The notes under the pieces are model-generated. The model saw nothing but the letters and a program-made list of their open reading frames with translations, was not told where the DNA came from and searched no databases. From the NCBI GenBank assembly GCA_030670905.1, contig DAOVAR010000001.1, positions 285 to 64,284 of the forward strand: DNA of 64,000 nt. The letters are read 5' to 3'. The stretch's first letter is position 1; each line of letters starts with the position of its first letter. The DNA comes from Candidatus Bipolaricaulota bacterium. GTDB lineage: Bacteria > Bipolaricaulota > Bipolaricaulia > UBA7950 > UBA9294. The translations under genes and the position numbers were made by a program. This document shows, in pieces, positions 18,291-26,699 of this stretch.

Positions 18291-20526
18291 GCATACGTTC
18301 CTTCTTTTTCAAGGCGATGAGAACCTTCTCCGGCGTGATTGGCAGCTCATAGAACCTAATGCCAATAGCGTTGCGGATTGCATTGGCATAAGCTGCAGCA
18401 ACTGGATTCATCGCCGCTTCACCAATCCCCTTCGCCCCAAATGGGCCACTTGGCTCGTAGCTATGCGCAAAGCTAGCAGCAAGAGCATCGATACGCGGAC
18501 TCTCACTGATTCCGGAGGTCTTGCTATCGATCCAGTAGCCGCCTGAGACGAGCTGTCCATCCGTGTTCCAAGCATTGCTCTCGTATAGGGCGTAGCCCAT
18601 ACCCTTAGAGAGACCACCCTCTAGCTGACCTATTGCCAGCTTTGGACAGATCACAGTGCCACAGTCACTTCCCATAACTGCCTTTACTGTGTGCACTAGG
18701 CCGGTCCATGTGTCGACCTTGACTTCCACAAAGACGGTTACATAAGCAGGAGGACAGTTGAGTGGTCTGTAGCTCTCCACTGCGGCAATCGTCTTCCAGC
18801 TTTCACTCCAGCAGCGAGTCGCAAGTTCTGACAGTGTCATCGTTCGATCCGGTATCGAAGAAGTATAGACAACACCCTGCCCAAGCTCCTCATCGAGTCT
18901 TAAGGTAAGTGTGTGTGCTTGCATATTGAGGTAGTGTGCCGCCGTTGTGAGGATTTCTTTACGCAGCGCTGTTGCAGCCTTGAGAGCCGCTCCACCTCCG
19001 GCATATACCCCGCGGGTGGCGTGAGTGACACAATCGTAGACAGTGGAGCAAGTCTCGGCCGGGGCCATGTTCACCTTGTCTAGTGGCACGCAAAGCGCCT
19101 CGCTCACGATTCTGTTGAGGGCCTCTAACGTTCCTCCGCCGTGGTCCATCAGGGCAGTGATAACATCTACCGAACCGTCGACGTTCAGCTTGACCATCGC
19201 TCCGGAGAAGTCAATAACGTCTCCGGGTTGTGGCGCGCCGGCGCCAGAAGTATGGAATCCTCGCCCCAATCCGATACCAGACCGGAAGCGACCTGTCCCT
19301 GAGCCAGATTTTGGGCGGTCATTCCATCCAATGGCTTCTGCTCCTCTATGGAGGAGTTCGGGTACTCCATCGCTGTTAACGATTGAGCGGACGAGTGGAC
19401 CCTGTCCCCAGAAGGTGTCTCCCATTCCTACGTAGTTCTTCAGTCGTAGCTCAAGCGAATCGATGTCGAGCTTTTCGGCAAGTTCCTCGATCAGCGATTC
19501 GGTAGCGAATGTCACTTGTGGATTGCCGAATCCCTGCATTGCGCAAGAAGGGGCTTTGTTTGTATACACAGCGATTCCATGGTAGCGGATGTTGGGGATT
19601 CTGTAGAGGGAGACGAGCCAACCGACAGTGACCCCTAGAAACGAGTAGGCTTGAATGTTATGCGCTCCAATATCGACGATCGCCTCCATCTTCGCGGCGG
19701 TTAGTGTACCATCCTTCTTTGCCGCCAATTGTAGGTGGATTTGCTCGCCGTAACGGGTATGATCGTGTGCATCTTCCTCTCGCGTCAATGTTAGCTTGAC
19801 CGGCCGATGTGCTTTTAGGGCCAGCGCAGCACAGATCGGAATCGGCGGGTTCATCTGGATGCTTGATCCGAAGGTTCCGCCGATTGGCACACGCTTGACG
19901 TTTACCTTAGAGAGTGGTATGTCGAAGATTTGCCCAAGTAGGATTCGCACATTGTGAATCGACTGAGTTGTTGGCCATACAGTAAGTCCACCATTTGGCT
20001 CGGGGCGGCAGATGGCTGATTTCGTCTCCATCTGTGCGTGATAGACCTTGCTTAGATTGAACGTTCCCTCAACAACAAGGTCTGCTTCCGCAAACGCCCG
20101 GTCAACATCTCCTTGTTCAATGCTCCGATCACAGGCGATGTTGCGCTCAATTTCGATCTCGTTTTCGCCCCACAGGACTGTGTCGTAGATTGGGGCAGCG
20201 CCTGGTTTCATTGCTTCGATCGGGTCGGTGAGCACAGGTAAGACGTCGTACTCAACCTTGATTGCACGCGCCGCTTTTTCGGCAAGCTCTTCTGTGTCCG
20301 CGGCAACGGCGGCAACTGCCTCTCCCATCCTCCGTACCTTATCGGCAAGTACGTAGTGATCCTTGTGCAGAGCCGAAGGAATGGTGATGATACGCTCGTT
20401 GTAGCGCACGCTGGGGATGTCATTAAATGTAATCACAACTGCGCCCATCGCCTTAGCCGCGGTTGCATCGACGCGTTTGACGCGAGCATGAGCATAGGGG
20501 CTGGCAAGGACGCGTCCATGAAGCAT
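18277..20526 (-). CDS. Molybdopterin-binding large subunit of the second xanthine-dehydrogenase-family hydroxylase (enzyme B)
   Basis: 749 aa from the first ATG, with a C-terminal FGAKGIGEAAM motif. The conserved N-terminal homology (VGKANLRKDGIARVTGQERYTVDISLPH) continues upstream to 20640 in frame but without a start codon. An ATG at 20636-20638 is reachable by a 1-nt shift. Confidence 0.85.
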   Translation of the reverse strand: MLHGRVLASPYAHARVKRVDATAAKAMGAVVITFNDIPSVRYNERIITIPSALHKDHYVLADKVRRMGEAVAAVAADTEELAEKAARAIKVEYDVLPVLTDPIEAMKPGAAPIYDTVLWGENEIEIERNIACDRSIEQGDVDRAFAEADLVVEGTFNLSKVYHAQMETKSAICRPEPNGGLTVWPTTQSIHNVRILLGQIFDIPLSKVNVKRVPIGGTFGSSIQMNPPIPICAALALKAHRPVKLTLTREEDAHDHTRYGEQIHLQLAAKKDGTLTAAKMEAIVDIGAHNIQAYSFLGVTVGWLVSLYRIPNIRYHGIAVYTNKAPSCAMQGFGNPQVTFATESLIEELAEKLDIDSLELRLKNYVGMGDTFWGQGPLVRSIVNSDGVPELLHRGAEAIGWNDRPKSGSGTGRFRSGIGLGRGFHTSGAGAPQPGDVIDFSGAMVKLNVDGSVDVITALMDHGGGTLEALNRIVSEALCVPLDKVNMAPAETCSTVYDCVTHATRGVYAGGGAALKAATALRKEILTTAAHYLNMQAHTLTLRLDEELGQGVVYTSSIPDRTMTLSELATRCWSESWKTIAAVESYRPLNCPPAYVTVFVEVKVDTWTGLVHTVKAVMGSDCGTVICPKLAIGQLEGGLSKGMGYALYESNAWNTDGQLVSGGYWIDSKTSGISESPRIDALAASFAHSYEPSGPFGAKGIGEAAMNPVAAAYANAIRNAIGIRFYELPITPEKVLIALKKKERMHEQE

Positions 20527-20882
20527 GTGGGGCAGGCTGATGTCAACTGTGTAACGTTCTTGTCCAGTGACGCGTGCAATCCCATCCTTGCGGAGGTTTG
20601 CTTTTCCTACAGTATCAAAGTTTCTTATCTTCCACCATCCTTATTCGGTGGACGATCTTCTACCTTTTGCCGGACTAAGCAGTTCTATTCTACTTAGCTT
20701 AGCTGCTTGGTAATCGCGCTATTCTTTCATTCCGATTTTTCTATTCTACGCTTTCTTATATTCCCGAGCAACAATGTACACGCCCTATTGCCGAGAGGAG
20801 GGTTGTGAAGGGGCATTTGGAACAGATGCTATCGCGGTCGGGTAAATTGACGAGTGAGTCATTGTTACAGGAGATTCTCTGG

Positions 20883-22250
20883 CTAGAGATTGTAGTAAAG
20901 TGAGAATTCGTATGGATGTGGACGCCTGCGAACCTGGCTCAGTTCGTCCCTCTTTGCGTTGACCCAGTGAGCAATCTGTTCGGCGCTGAATACTCCGCCC
21001 ACCGTAAGATAATCATGATCCTCTTCTAGGGCGGACAGGGTGTCAGCAAGATTGGCAGGAACTTGCTCTATCTTGCTTGTCTCTTCGATTGAGAGATCAT
21101 AAAGATCTTGGTTATAGGGTCCAAATCCAAGCTTCTCCGCATTTAAGTTATTCTTGATCCCATCGATGCCGGCCATCAGCATGCCGGCATATGCAAGGTA
21201 AGGATTACATGTAGCGTCCACTGTTCTTAGCTCGATTCTTCGCTGCTGTGGTGTTGCATAACTAGGAATACGAATTGCAGCGGAACGATTTCCCTCGCCG
21301 AAGGCCAATGAAATCGGTGCTTCATATCCAGGGACAAGGCGACAGTAGGAGTTTGTTGAGGGATTAGTTAGTCCCAACAAGCCACGCCCATGTGAAAGGA
21401 TTCCCCCTATGTAGAGTAGGCCTAATTCGGAGAGCCCTCCATCCTTGTCGAAAATGCTTCTTCCTTTGTTTGCGAGATACTGATGAACATGCATACCGTT
21501 ACCATTTTCACCAAGAATTGGTTTGGGCATGAATGTAGCGGTCAATCCAAATTCCACTGCTACATTTCGAGTGGTGTTCTTAACAATAAGCGTGGTATCG
21601 GCCATTCTTAGCAGGCCGTCAAACCCCAACTCCATTTCCAGTTGCCCCAGAGGGCCTACCTCGTGATGATGGTACTTAACAGATACTCCTGTTCTTTCCA
21701 GTCGCCTACAGATCTCATTGCGTAGGGCAAATAGTTGATCTTCGGGGGGACAGATATGATAGAAAGAGCGCTCAGTGTGCTTGTTCATTGGACTGAGCGT
21801 ATAGAATGCCTCGCTAGCCTTGCTACTGTAGTCGGCTTCAGAGAAGACATAGAACTCGAATTCCGCGCTCATCATTACAGCTTCGGCGATACCTTCAGAG
21901 ATGAGAAACTGCTCGGCCCGTCTGGCGACTGCACGAGGATCGCCAATAAATGGGCCTTTTCCCTCCGCAAGGTGGATGTCACATATCAGAGAGAGGACCT
22001 TTTCCCCACGATAGCAAACGACAGTAGCTGTGTTGAGATCTGGGCGCAGGACCATGTCGCTTCCTTCTACATTCGTGTAGCCGAAGTTTGAGCCGTCGAA
22101 CGGAATACCGTTGTCGATTACGTGTTGAGTGAATCTACTGATTGGAATCGTGATATGTCGCCAGCAACCGACTAAGTCTGTAGCCTTGAAGTCGATGAAG
22201 TCGATGTCCTCTTGTGTAACCAGTTCTTCTAGAGAAGAGAAGCTAAACAC
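20883..22250 (-). CDS. glnA: Glutamine synthetase, type I
   Basis: 455 aa with NGNGMHVHQ and an ATP-binding region. GTG start with AAGGAGGT 5 nt upstream. Confidence 0.9.
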   Translation of the reverse strand: MFSFSSLEELVTQEDIDFIDFKATDLVGCWRHITIPISRFTQHVIDNGIPFDGSNFGYTNVEGSDMVLRPDLNTATVVCYRGEKVLSLICDIHLAEGKGPFIGDPRAVARRAEQFLISEGIAEAVMMSAEFEFYVFSEADYSSKASEAFYTLSPMNKHTERSFYHICPPEDQLFALRNEICRRLERTGVSVKYHHHEVGPLGQLEMELGFDGLLRMADTTLIVKNTTRNVAVEFGLTATFMPKPILGENGNGMHVHQYLANKGRSIFDKDGGLSELGLLYIGGILSHGRGLLGLTNPSTNSYCRLVPGYEAPISLAFGEGNRSAAIRIPSYATPQQRRIELRTVDATCNPYLAYAGMLMAGIDGIKNNLNAEKLGFGPYNQDLYDLSIEETSKIEQVPANLADTLSALEEDHDYLTVGGVFSAEQIAHWVNAKRDELSQVRRRPHPYEFSLYYNL

Positions 22251-22900
22251 CTGTTACCTCCTTGCATTCTCACTTGTCCGACTGCCAGCCCTCTCAATCA
22301 GCAATGCCTATAGGTTGTGAAATAGAAGTTTCAATACTCTCATATCATGAATCTTTTGCTGCAAAGTTACTTGACAAGCGATCGGATATCAAGCCCTAAC
22401 ATGCGGGGTAGGCGCATACCTAACGTTTTCGCAAGCTTCTCTTTGCAACACATTGCGAGGGAGTGTCCTCTAATGCGGGTGGATGCTTGGCAGGACACAC
22501 ATCTCTGAAGTAGAGTGAAGAACCCCACAGCAAGCTACGGGGTTCTTCACTTGCTGCTGCAATGTCTTTGTCATGCGCTATTTCTGCCGGGGTAAGTATC
22601 AAAGGAGAGAGCACCAAGCGCCCCCGTCTGGAAGAGCTGGAAGCATTGTGGGAGGAAAGCGGGGTTTTCTTCTAAAAGTTTCCCTTGATCGGTTCTTCTT
22701 CATGCATTGGGCGGTGGTTCGAGCTCTGATGGATCTCTAGTAGAAGAGGTGGCTCTCTACTTATCATTCTCTATCCTATATTTCCGCCGTAGAAGGATTC
22801 GGAGTGAGGCTGTCCGTGTAATAGATTTGCATTTGGATTTTGCAGGCAAGAGATCCTTCAGGTAAGATTTCGATTAAGACCTACCAATTACGGAGGGTAT

Positions 22901-23611
22901 ATGTCGGTGCTTGATGGCAGAAAGATCCCAAGCGCAAGCATGTCAGAAACACTATCACCCTTCCGCGCCACGCTAACCCTCGATCAAGAGCAGGTGTTTC
23001 GTTACCTAGAGTATGGCGGTGCTTCTCCGTCTAAGTCCGTCCTGAAGAAGCTTAGCCAGCTGACCCCTAAGGCACGCGAGATGGCCCAACCACAGGCTCT
23101 TAGTAGGATTTGCAGCGTGGGAGAAGCAGCGGACCTGCATAAGAATGATCTCCCCAGGCCTATTCAGCGCGCAGAGTTGCTGGCCTTCGGCCTGTGTACA
23201 ATAGGTTCTATCATTGAACAGGAAGCAAAGCGGCTGCGCGATAACGGGGAATGGTTAGATTGGATGATTCTCAACGCGCTTGGATCAGCAGCCGTATCCG
23301 AACTATGTGGACGATTGGGAAAACGGATCTTTGATTGGGCTGCTGCGCAAGGATTGAACGCAAGCCGTGGGTTTGAGCCAGGTTCTGGAGCCGGGCATTG
23401 GCCGCTTGAGAGGCAGCGGATAGTATTCGCCAACTTGCCAGCAGAGGAAATAGGAGTTGTCCTTGGTCCTCAATTATCAATGTGGCCAGAGAAGACATTG
23501 TCGTTCTTAATGGGAGTTGGCGCGAGAATCCCACAAGCGGATCACCCCTTCTCCTGCCAAGGATGTAAGCGCATAGACTGTGTTTACCGCTATGAACCAG
23601 CAAAACATTAA
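22901..23611 (+). CDS. Standalone protein resembling the AdoMet-binding reactivation (activation) domain of cobalamin-dependent methionine synthase
   Basis: 236 aa. GFEPGSGAGHWPLERQ...QLSMWPEKTLSF aligns with MetH PGYPACPEHTEK...ESFAMWPGASVSG. GGAGGG RBS. Confidence 0.5.
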   Translation: MSVLDGRKIPSASMSETLSPFRATLTLDQEQVFRYLEYGGASPSKSVLKKLSQLTPKAREMAQPQALSRICSVGEAADLHKNDLPRPIQRAELLAFGLCTIGSIIEQEAKRLRDNGEWLDWMILNALGSAAVSELCGRLGKRIFDWAAAQGLNASRGFEPGSGAGHWPLERQRIVFANLPAEEIGVVLGPQLSMWPEKTLSFLMGVGARIPQADHPFSCQGCKRIDCVYRYEPAKH

Positions 23612-24121
23612 GATACTATGGAATCATCAATCACCAAAGAGAAGATGCTAAAGAACTTGAAGCGAGCCGGTAAGGAAAGAGGGACAGGCTATTTTTTTAC
23701 TAGGCTATTCTCGAGAGAAGAAGTTGCCCGTCCCTCTTTTTCCCAGTCATGTAGTAGCAGGATTTGTGTGAGAGCATTGTTGGACTGGATCCCGGCCTGC
23801 GCCGGAATGACGATGGACGGAAGCCCTGGTCCATAGAAGATGGGCTCGACTCACCCTCACCCCGGATCGGGGTCCGGGACAGGCTCTAGTCTCTCCTCTC
23901 ATCTCACCCCGTGTAGTACAGGATGGGAGTTACTACATGGGGCAAGGGAGAAGTATCATCAAATGATCTTCCCTCCCCCGATCGAGGGAGGGAATTAAAG
24001 AGAGAGGGAGAAGCCTAGAAAGGTCTAGTGCCTGGAATCGCAAGTCACAAGTGAAAGGAGAGAAACTCAAAACGAGACCACGAATAGGATCTAACTACGT
24101 GGGCTCTAAAAGGAGAGAAGA

Positions 24122-24760
24122 ATGCCGAGCAAGTATGAAGACATGAGCATAAGTACGTTCCTGAACCAGCTGTCTTCGGCTGCGCCTGCGCCGGGAGGTG
24201 GAAGCGTTGCCGCCCTTTCTGGAGCGATGGCTGCAGCATTGATATTGATGGTTTGTAACTTGACCATAGGTAAGGAGAAGTTCGCTCGAAGTGAACAAGA
24301 AATAAAGGAAATCAAGCAACAGGCCAGGGACTTGCGCCATACCTTGGTGGACGCGGTCGATGCCGATATCAACGCTTACAACAGAGTAATTGCTTGCTAC
24401 CGTTTACCGAAAGCAAGCAAACAGGAACAGGTTGATCGCAGAGAGAGCCTTCAACAAGCACTCAAAAAGGCCGCCGAGGTTCCTTATCATACCGCGGAAG
24501 CCTGCTATCGCGTTCTTGAACTGAATCGCAAGCTGCCGGGAATCGGTAACCCTAGTGCGGTGAGCGATGTCGCCGTTTCAGTGCGGCTAGCTGAAGCCGG
24601 ACTACAGTCTGCCCTATATAATGTAGATATCAACTGTAACTACATCAAGGATGAGGATTATACGAAGAAATACCGAGCACAGCGCGTGAAATTAGCTGAG
24701 AAGGCAAGGCTTATGCAAGAAGAGATCATCTGCGCAGTGAGAACAATGCTGCAAGGTTGA
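24122..24760 (+). CDS. fchA: Methenyl-THF cyclohydrolase / formimino-THF cyclodeaminase family protein (FchA / FTCD C-domain-like)
   Basis: 212 aa with STFLNQLSSAAPAPGGGSVAALSGAMAAALILMVCNLTIGK, typical of the cyclodeaminase/cyclohydrolase family. Confidence 0.75.
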   Translation: MPSKYEDMSISTFLNQLSSAAPAPGGGSVAALSGAMAAALILMVCNLTIGKEKFARSEQEIKEIKQQARDLRHTLVDAVDADINAYNRVIACYRLPKASKQEQVDRRESLQQALKKAAEVPYHTAEACYRVLELNRKLPGIGNPSAVSDVAVSVRLAEAGLQSALYNVDINCNYIKDEDYTKKYRAQRVKLAEKARLMQEEIICAVRTMLQG

Positions 24761-24774
24761 GCCTATTTGCTGGC

Positions 24775-25191
24775 CTAAACAGGGGCGTCCAGTGATTTGT
24801 TAGTGTTCTGATTCTCTTTCCATAGATGATTGAGTATCCCGTTCACGAACAGCTGCGCGTTATCCGTTCCATACTTCTTGCATAGCTCAATTGCTTCATT
24901 GATCGCCACTTCGGGAGGGATCTCGGGAATGTAGAGAAGCTCGAATACTCCTAGACGAAGAATATTGCGGTCGACCACTGCCAGGCGTTCAAATCTCCAT
25001 CCCAGCGTATGGCCAGCAATCAATTTATCAATTTCCTCTTGGCGAGCGATAATCCCGGAAAAGACGCGCTCTATGTACTGATATTGCCCTGCGGGGTTTG
25101 CCTCAGCGAGCAGTTCACCTAGCGGAGTATCAACAAACTCATGCTGATAGAGAACCCTGAGCAAGAGCTCGCGCGCTTCCCTGCGACGCAT
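24775..25191 (-). CDS. nusB: Transcription antitermination factor NusB
   Basis: 138 aa with RRREARELLLRVLYQ...FVNGILN NusB motifs. Confidence 0.85.
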   Translation of the reverse strand: MRRREARELLLRVLYQHEFVDTPLGELLAEANPAGQYQYIERVFSGIIARQEEIDKLIAGHTLGWRFERLAVVDRNILRLGVFELLYIPEIPPEVAINEAIELCKKYGTDNAQLFVNGILNHLWKENQNTNKSLDAPV

Positions 25192-25394
25192 TAAGAGCGG
25201 AAAAACCGTGCTATAAGATCCCTTACTTGGGTTGTGATATTAGTCCCTGATTCGAAGTAGACTCCGATTGCATAGCCCGCTAGGGCAAAGCCCAATAGAA
25301 TGAGTAGTATCTTCCAGCCCACAAGAACTAGAAGAAGTCCCGCAAGAAGTCCGCCGAGCAATCCGAGGAGCCTAGAGTTCGTTCTCACTTTCAT
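25191..25394 (-). CDS. Small integral membrane protein (DUF2273-like) of the Asp23 cluster
   Basis: About 68 aa with a hydrophobic LLGLLGGLLAGLLLVLVGWKILLILLGFALAGYAIG segment. The start is uncertain: an internal ATG at 25394 or 25406 overlaps the amaP 3' end. Confidence 0.45.
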   Translation of the reverse strand: MKVRTNSRLLGLLGGLLAGLLLVLVGWKILLILLGFALAGYAIGVYFESGTNITTQVRDLIARFFRS

Positions 25395-25941
25395 CACCTT
25401 CTTCATCTTTCTCCTGAGGCTTCTGCTCATGTGGACGGATCTTTCCCACAAGGACTGAAACTTCTCTTACTTCAATACCTGTGCGCTCCATGACGCGGCA
25501 GGTGAGCGTCTCTTGGATCCTAGATCCTATTTCAGCTACTCTCTCCTGGGGCGTCAGCGCAATATGCACGTAGATGGCAACTCCGTCTTCTTTGTGTCGC
25601 AGTCGAACACGGAAACGTGTGATTCCAAGCTCCTCCTGTAGAATGCCACTGATGAATTCCTGAACCGCGTAGGGAGAGATTTCTATCTTTCCCCGCTCTC
25701 CTTCTTGGGAAAAACGAGCCGTGGCCAATCTATTGCGGTAGATAAGGAGAAGGAAATAACCTAGAAGGATAATAAGACAAGCACCAGACAAGAACAGTAC
25801 AGCGATTCCGCCCGCAGAGGAAAGAAACACCTTTGCCTCGTCAAAGGAGAGGGTTCCAGCTCCGAACAAGATGAACAGAACTCCCAATCCCCCAGTGAAT
25901 AGACAGGACACTGTATAGAAAAGAAAAGTTGCAGCGCTCAT
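25372..25941 (-). CDS. amaP: Alkaline-shock-response membrane anchor protein (AmaP-like)
   Basis: 189 aa with two N-terminal transmembrane segments followed by an Asp23-like soluble domain. It sits directly downstream of the asp23 genes. Confidence 0.6.
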   Translation of the reverse strand: MSAATFLFYTVSCLFTGGLGVLFILFGAGTLSFDEAKVFLSSAGGIAVLFLSGACLIILLGYFLLLIYRNRLATARFSQEGERGKIEISPYAVQEFISGILQEELGITRFRVRLRHKEDGVAIYVHIALTPQERVAEIGSRIQETLTCRVMERTGIEVREVSVLVGKIRPHEQKPQEKDEEGDESENEL

Positions 25942-26282
25942 TCTTCCTCCTTCTTGCTCAATTGTTGCTCTTCGGGAGTCACTAGTCGTTGTATGTCTAC
26001 ATTGACCCCGCTTACTTGCAGTCCAGTCATCTGCTCAACCTCGGCTCTTACACGTGTTTGAATCTCTTTGGCCACCTTGTAGAGGGAATTTCCATGTATG
26101 AGAGTGGCACGTACGGTGACCTTGACGTTCTCTCCTTCAACTTCAGTATCGACGTAACGTTTCATCCCCTCTTCGCGATTAAAGATTCCCTTGACCTGAG
26201 ACGCGGCGATTGCCGCGATTGCAGTGACGACTTCCTGAGAGATGCTTACATGCCCTTTTTCTCTGGCTTCCTCTTTTGTCAT
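25938..26282 (-). CDS. Asp23/Gls24-family envelope stress protein
   Basis: 114 aa, VSISQEVVTAIAAIAASQVKGI... Confidence 0.8.
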   Translation of the reverse strand: MTKEEAREKGHVSISQEVVTAIAAIAASQVKGIFNREEGMKRYVDTEVEGENVKVTVRATLIHGNSLYKVAKEIQTRVRAEVEQMTGLQVSGVNVDIQRLVTPEEQQLSKKEEE

Positions 26283-26297
26283 GAACGGCCTCCATCC

Positions 26298-26690
26298 CTA
26301 GTCTTCCGGCGGGATATCCTGCTTCTTTTCGGTCGCAATTGGAATAACCTTTCTTACGTAAACATCTACTCCAATCACATCTATTCCGGCCATCTCTTCG
26401 ACGTCTTTCTGTACATTGTTTTGTACGCCTTGAGCTACTTCGTGTACTGGATACCCATATTCAACAGCGATGGTTAGTTCTATATGTACGCCGTCGTCGG
26501 AGAACTCAGATTTGATAATTGAAGCTGTGTCCTCTCCGCCAAAGAAACTCTTGAGACCGCTCACTGCCTTGCCGGAACGAGCAATTCCGTCCACCTTCTC
26601 CGCGGCAATGCGCGCGATGGAAGTGACCACTTCTTCTGATATCGCAATCTGGCCATCTTCATCGATAATCTTAACGCTCTTCTCTGCCAT
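26298..26690 (-). CDS. Asp23/Gls24-family alkaline shock protein
   Basis: 130 aa, IAISEEVVTSIARIAAEKVDGIA... Confidence 0.8.
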   Translation of the reverse strand: MAEKSVKIIDEDGQIAISEEVVTSIARIAAEKVDGIARSGKAVSGLKSFFGGEDTASIIKSEFSDDGVHIELTIAVEYGYPVHEVAQGVQNNVQKDVEEMAGIDVIGVDVYVRKVIPIATEKKQDIPPED

Positions 26691-26699
26691 AACTCCTCC

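Noticed and set aside
20527-20882. Repeated TAGAATAG motifs here and at the tRNA-Leu promoter as a possible shared regulatory element or repeat family
   Set aside because: The motif is short and AT-rich, and the occurrences are consistent with ordinary -10-like hexamers. There is not enough evidence for a distinct element.
22562-22675. 37-codon ORF (MSLSCAISAGVSIKGESTKRPRLEELEALWEESGVFF) after the glnA-upstream hairpin
   Set aside because: There is no Shine-Dalgarno and no recognisable family. It is kept only as a note under the glnA leader finding.
23618-23836. 72-aa plus-strand ORF ending ...IPACAGMTMDGSPGP, which briefly suggested a REP-like or repeat-derived element
   Set aside because: It has no RBS, is low-complexity, and overlaps the hairpin cluster. 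I see only one copy of the CCGGCctgcGCCGG motif in the window, so a repeat family is not supported. It is treated as part of the structured non-coding region.
23840-24120. Possible small structured RNA (SRP RNA, RNase P, 6S or tmRNA) in the hairpin-rich region
   Set aside because: The segment GGTCCGGGACAGGC looks superficially like the RNase P CR-I or SRP domain IV. The flanking conserved elements (GGAAGGAAGCAGCC for SRP, AGGAAAGTCCGGGCTCC for RNase P) are absent, and no tag-peptide ORF is present for tmRNA.
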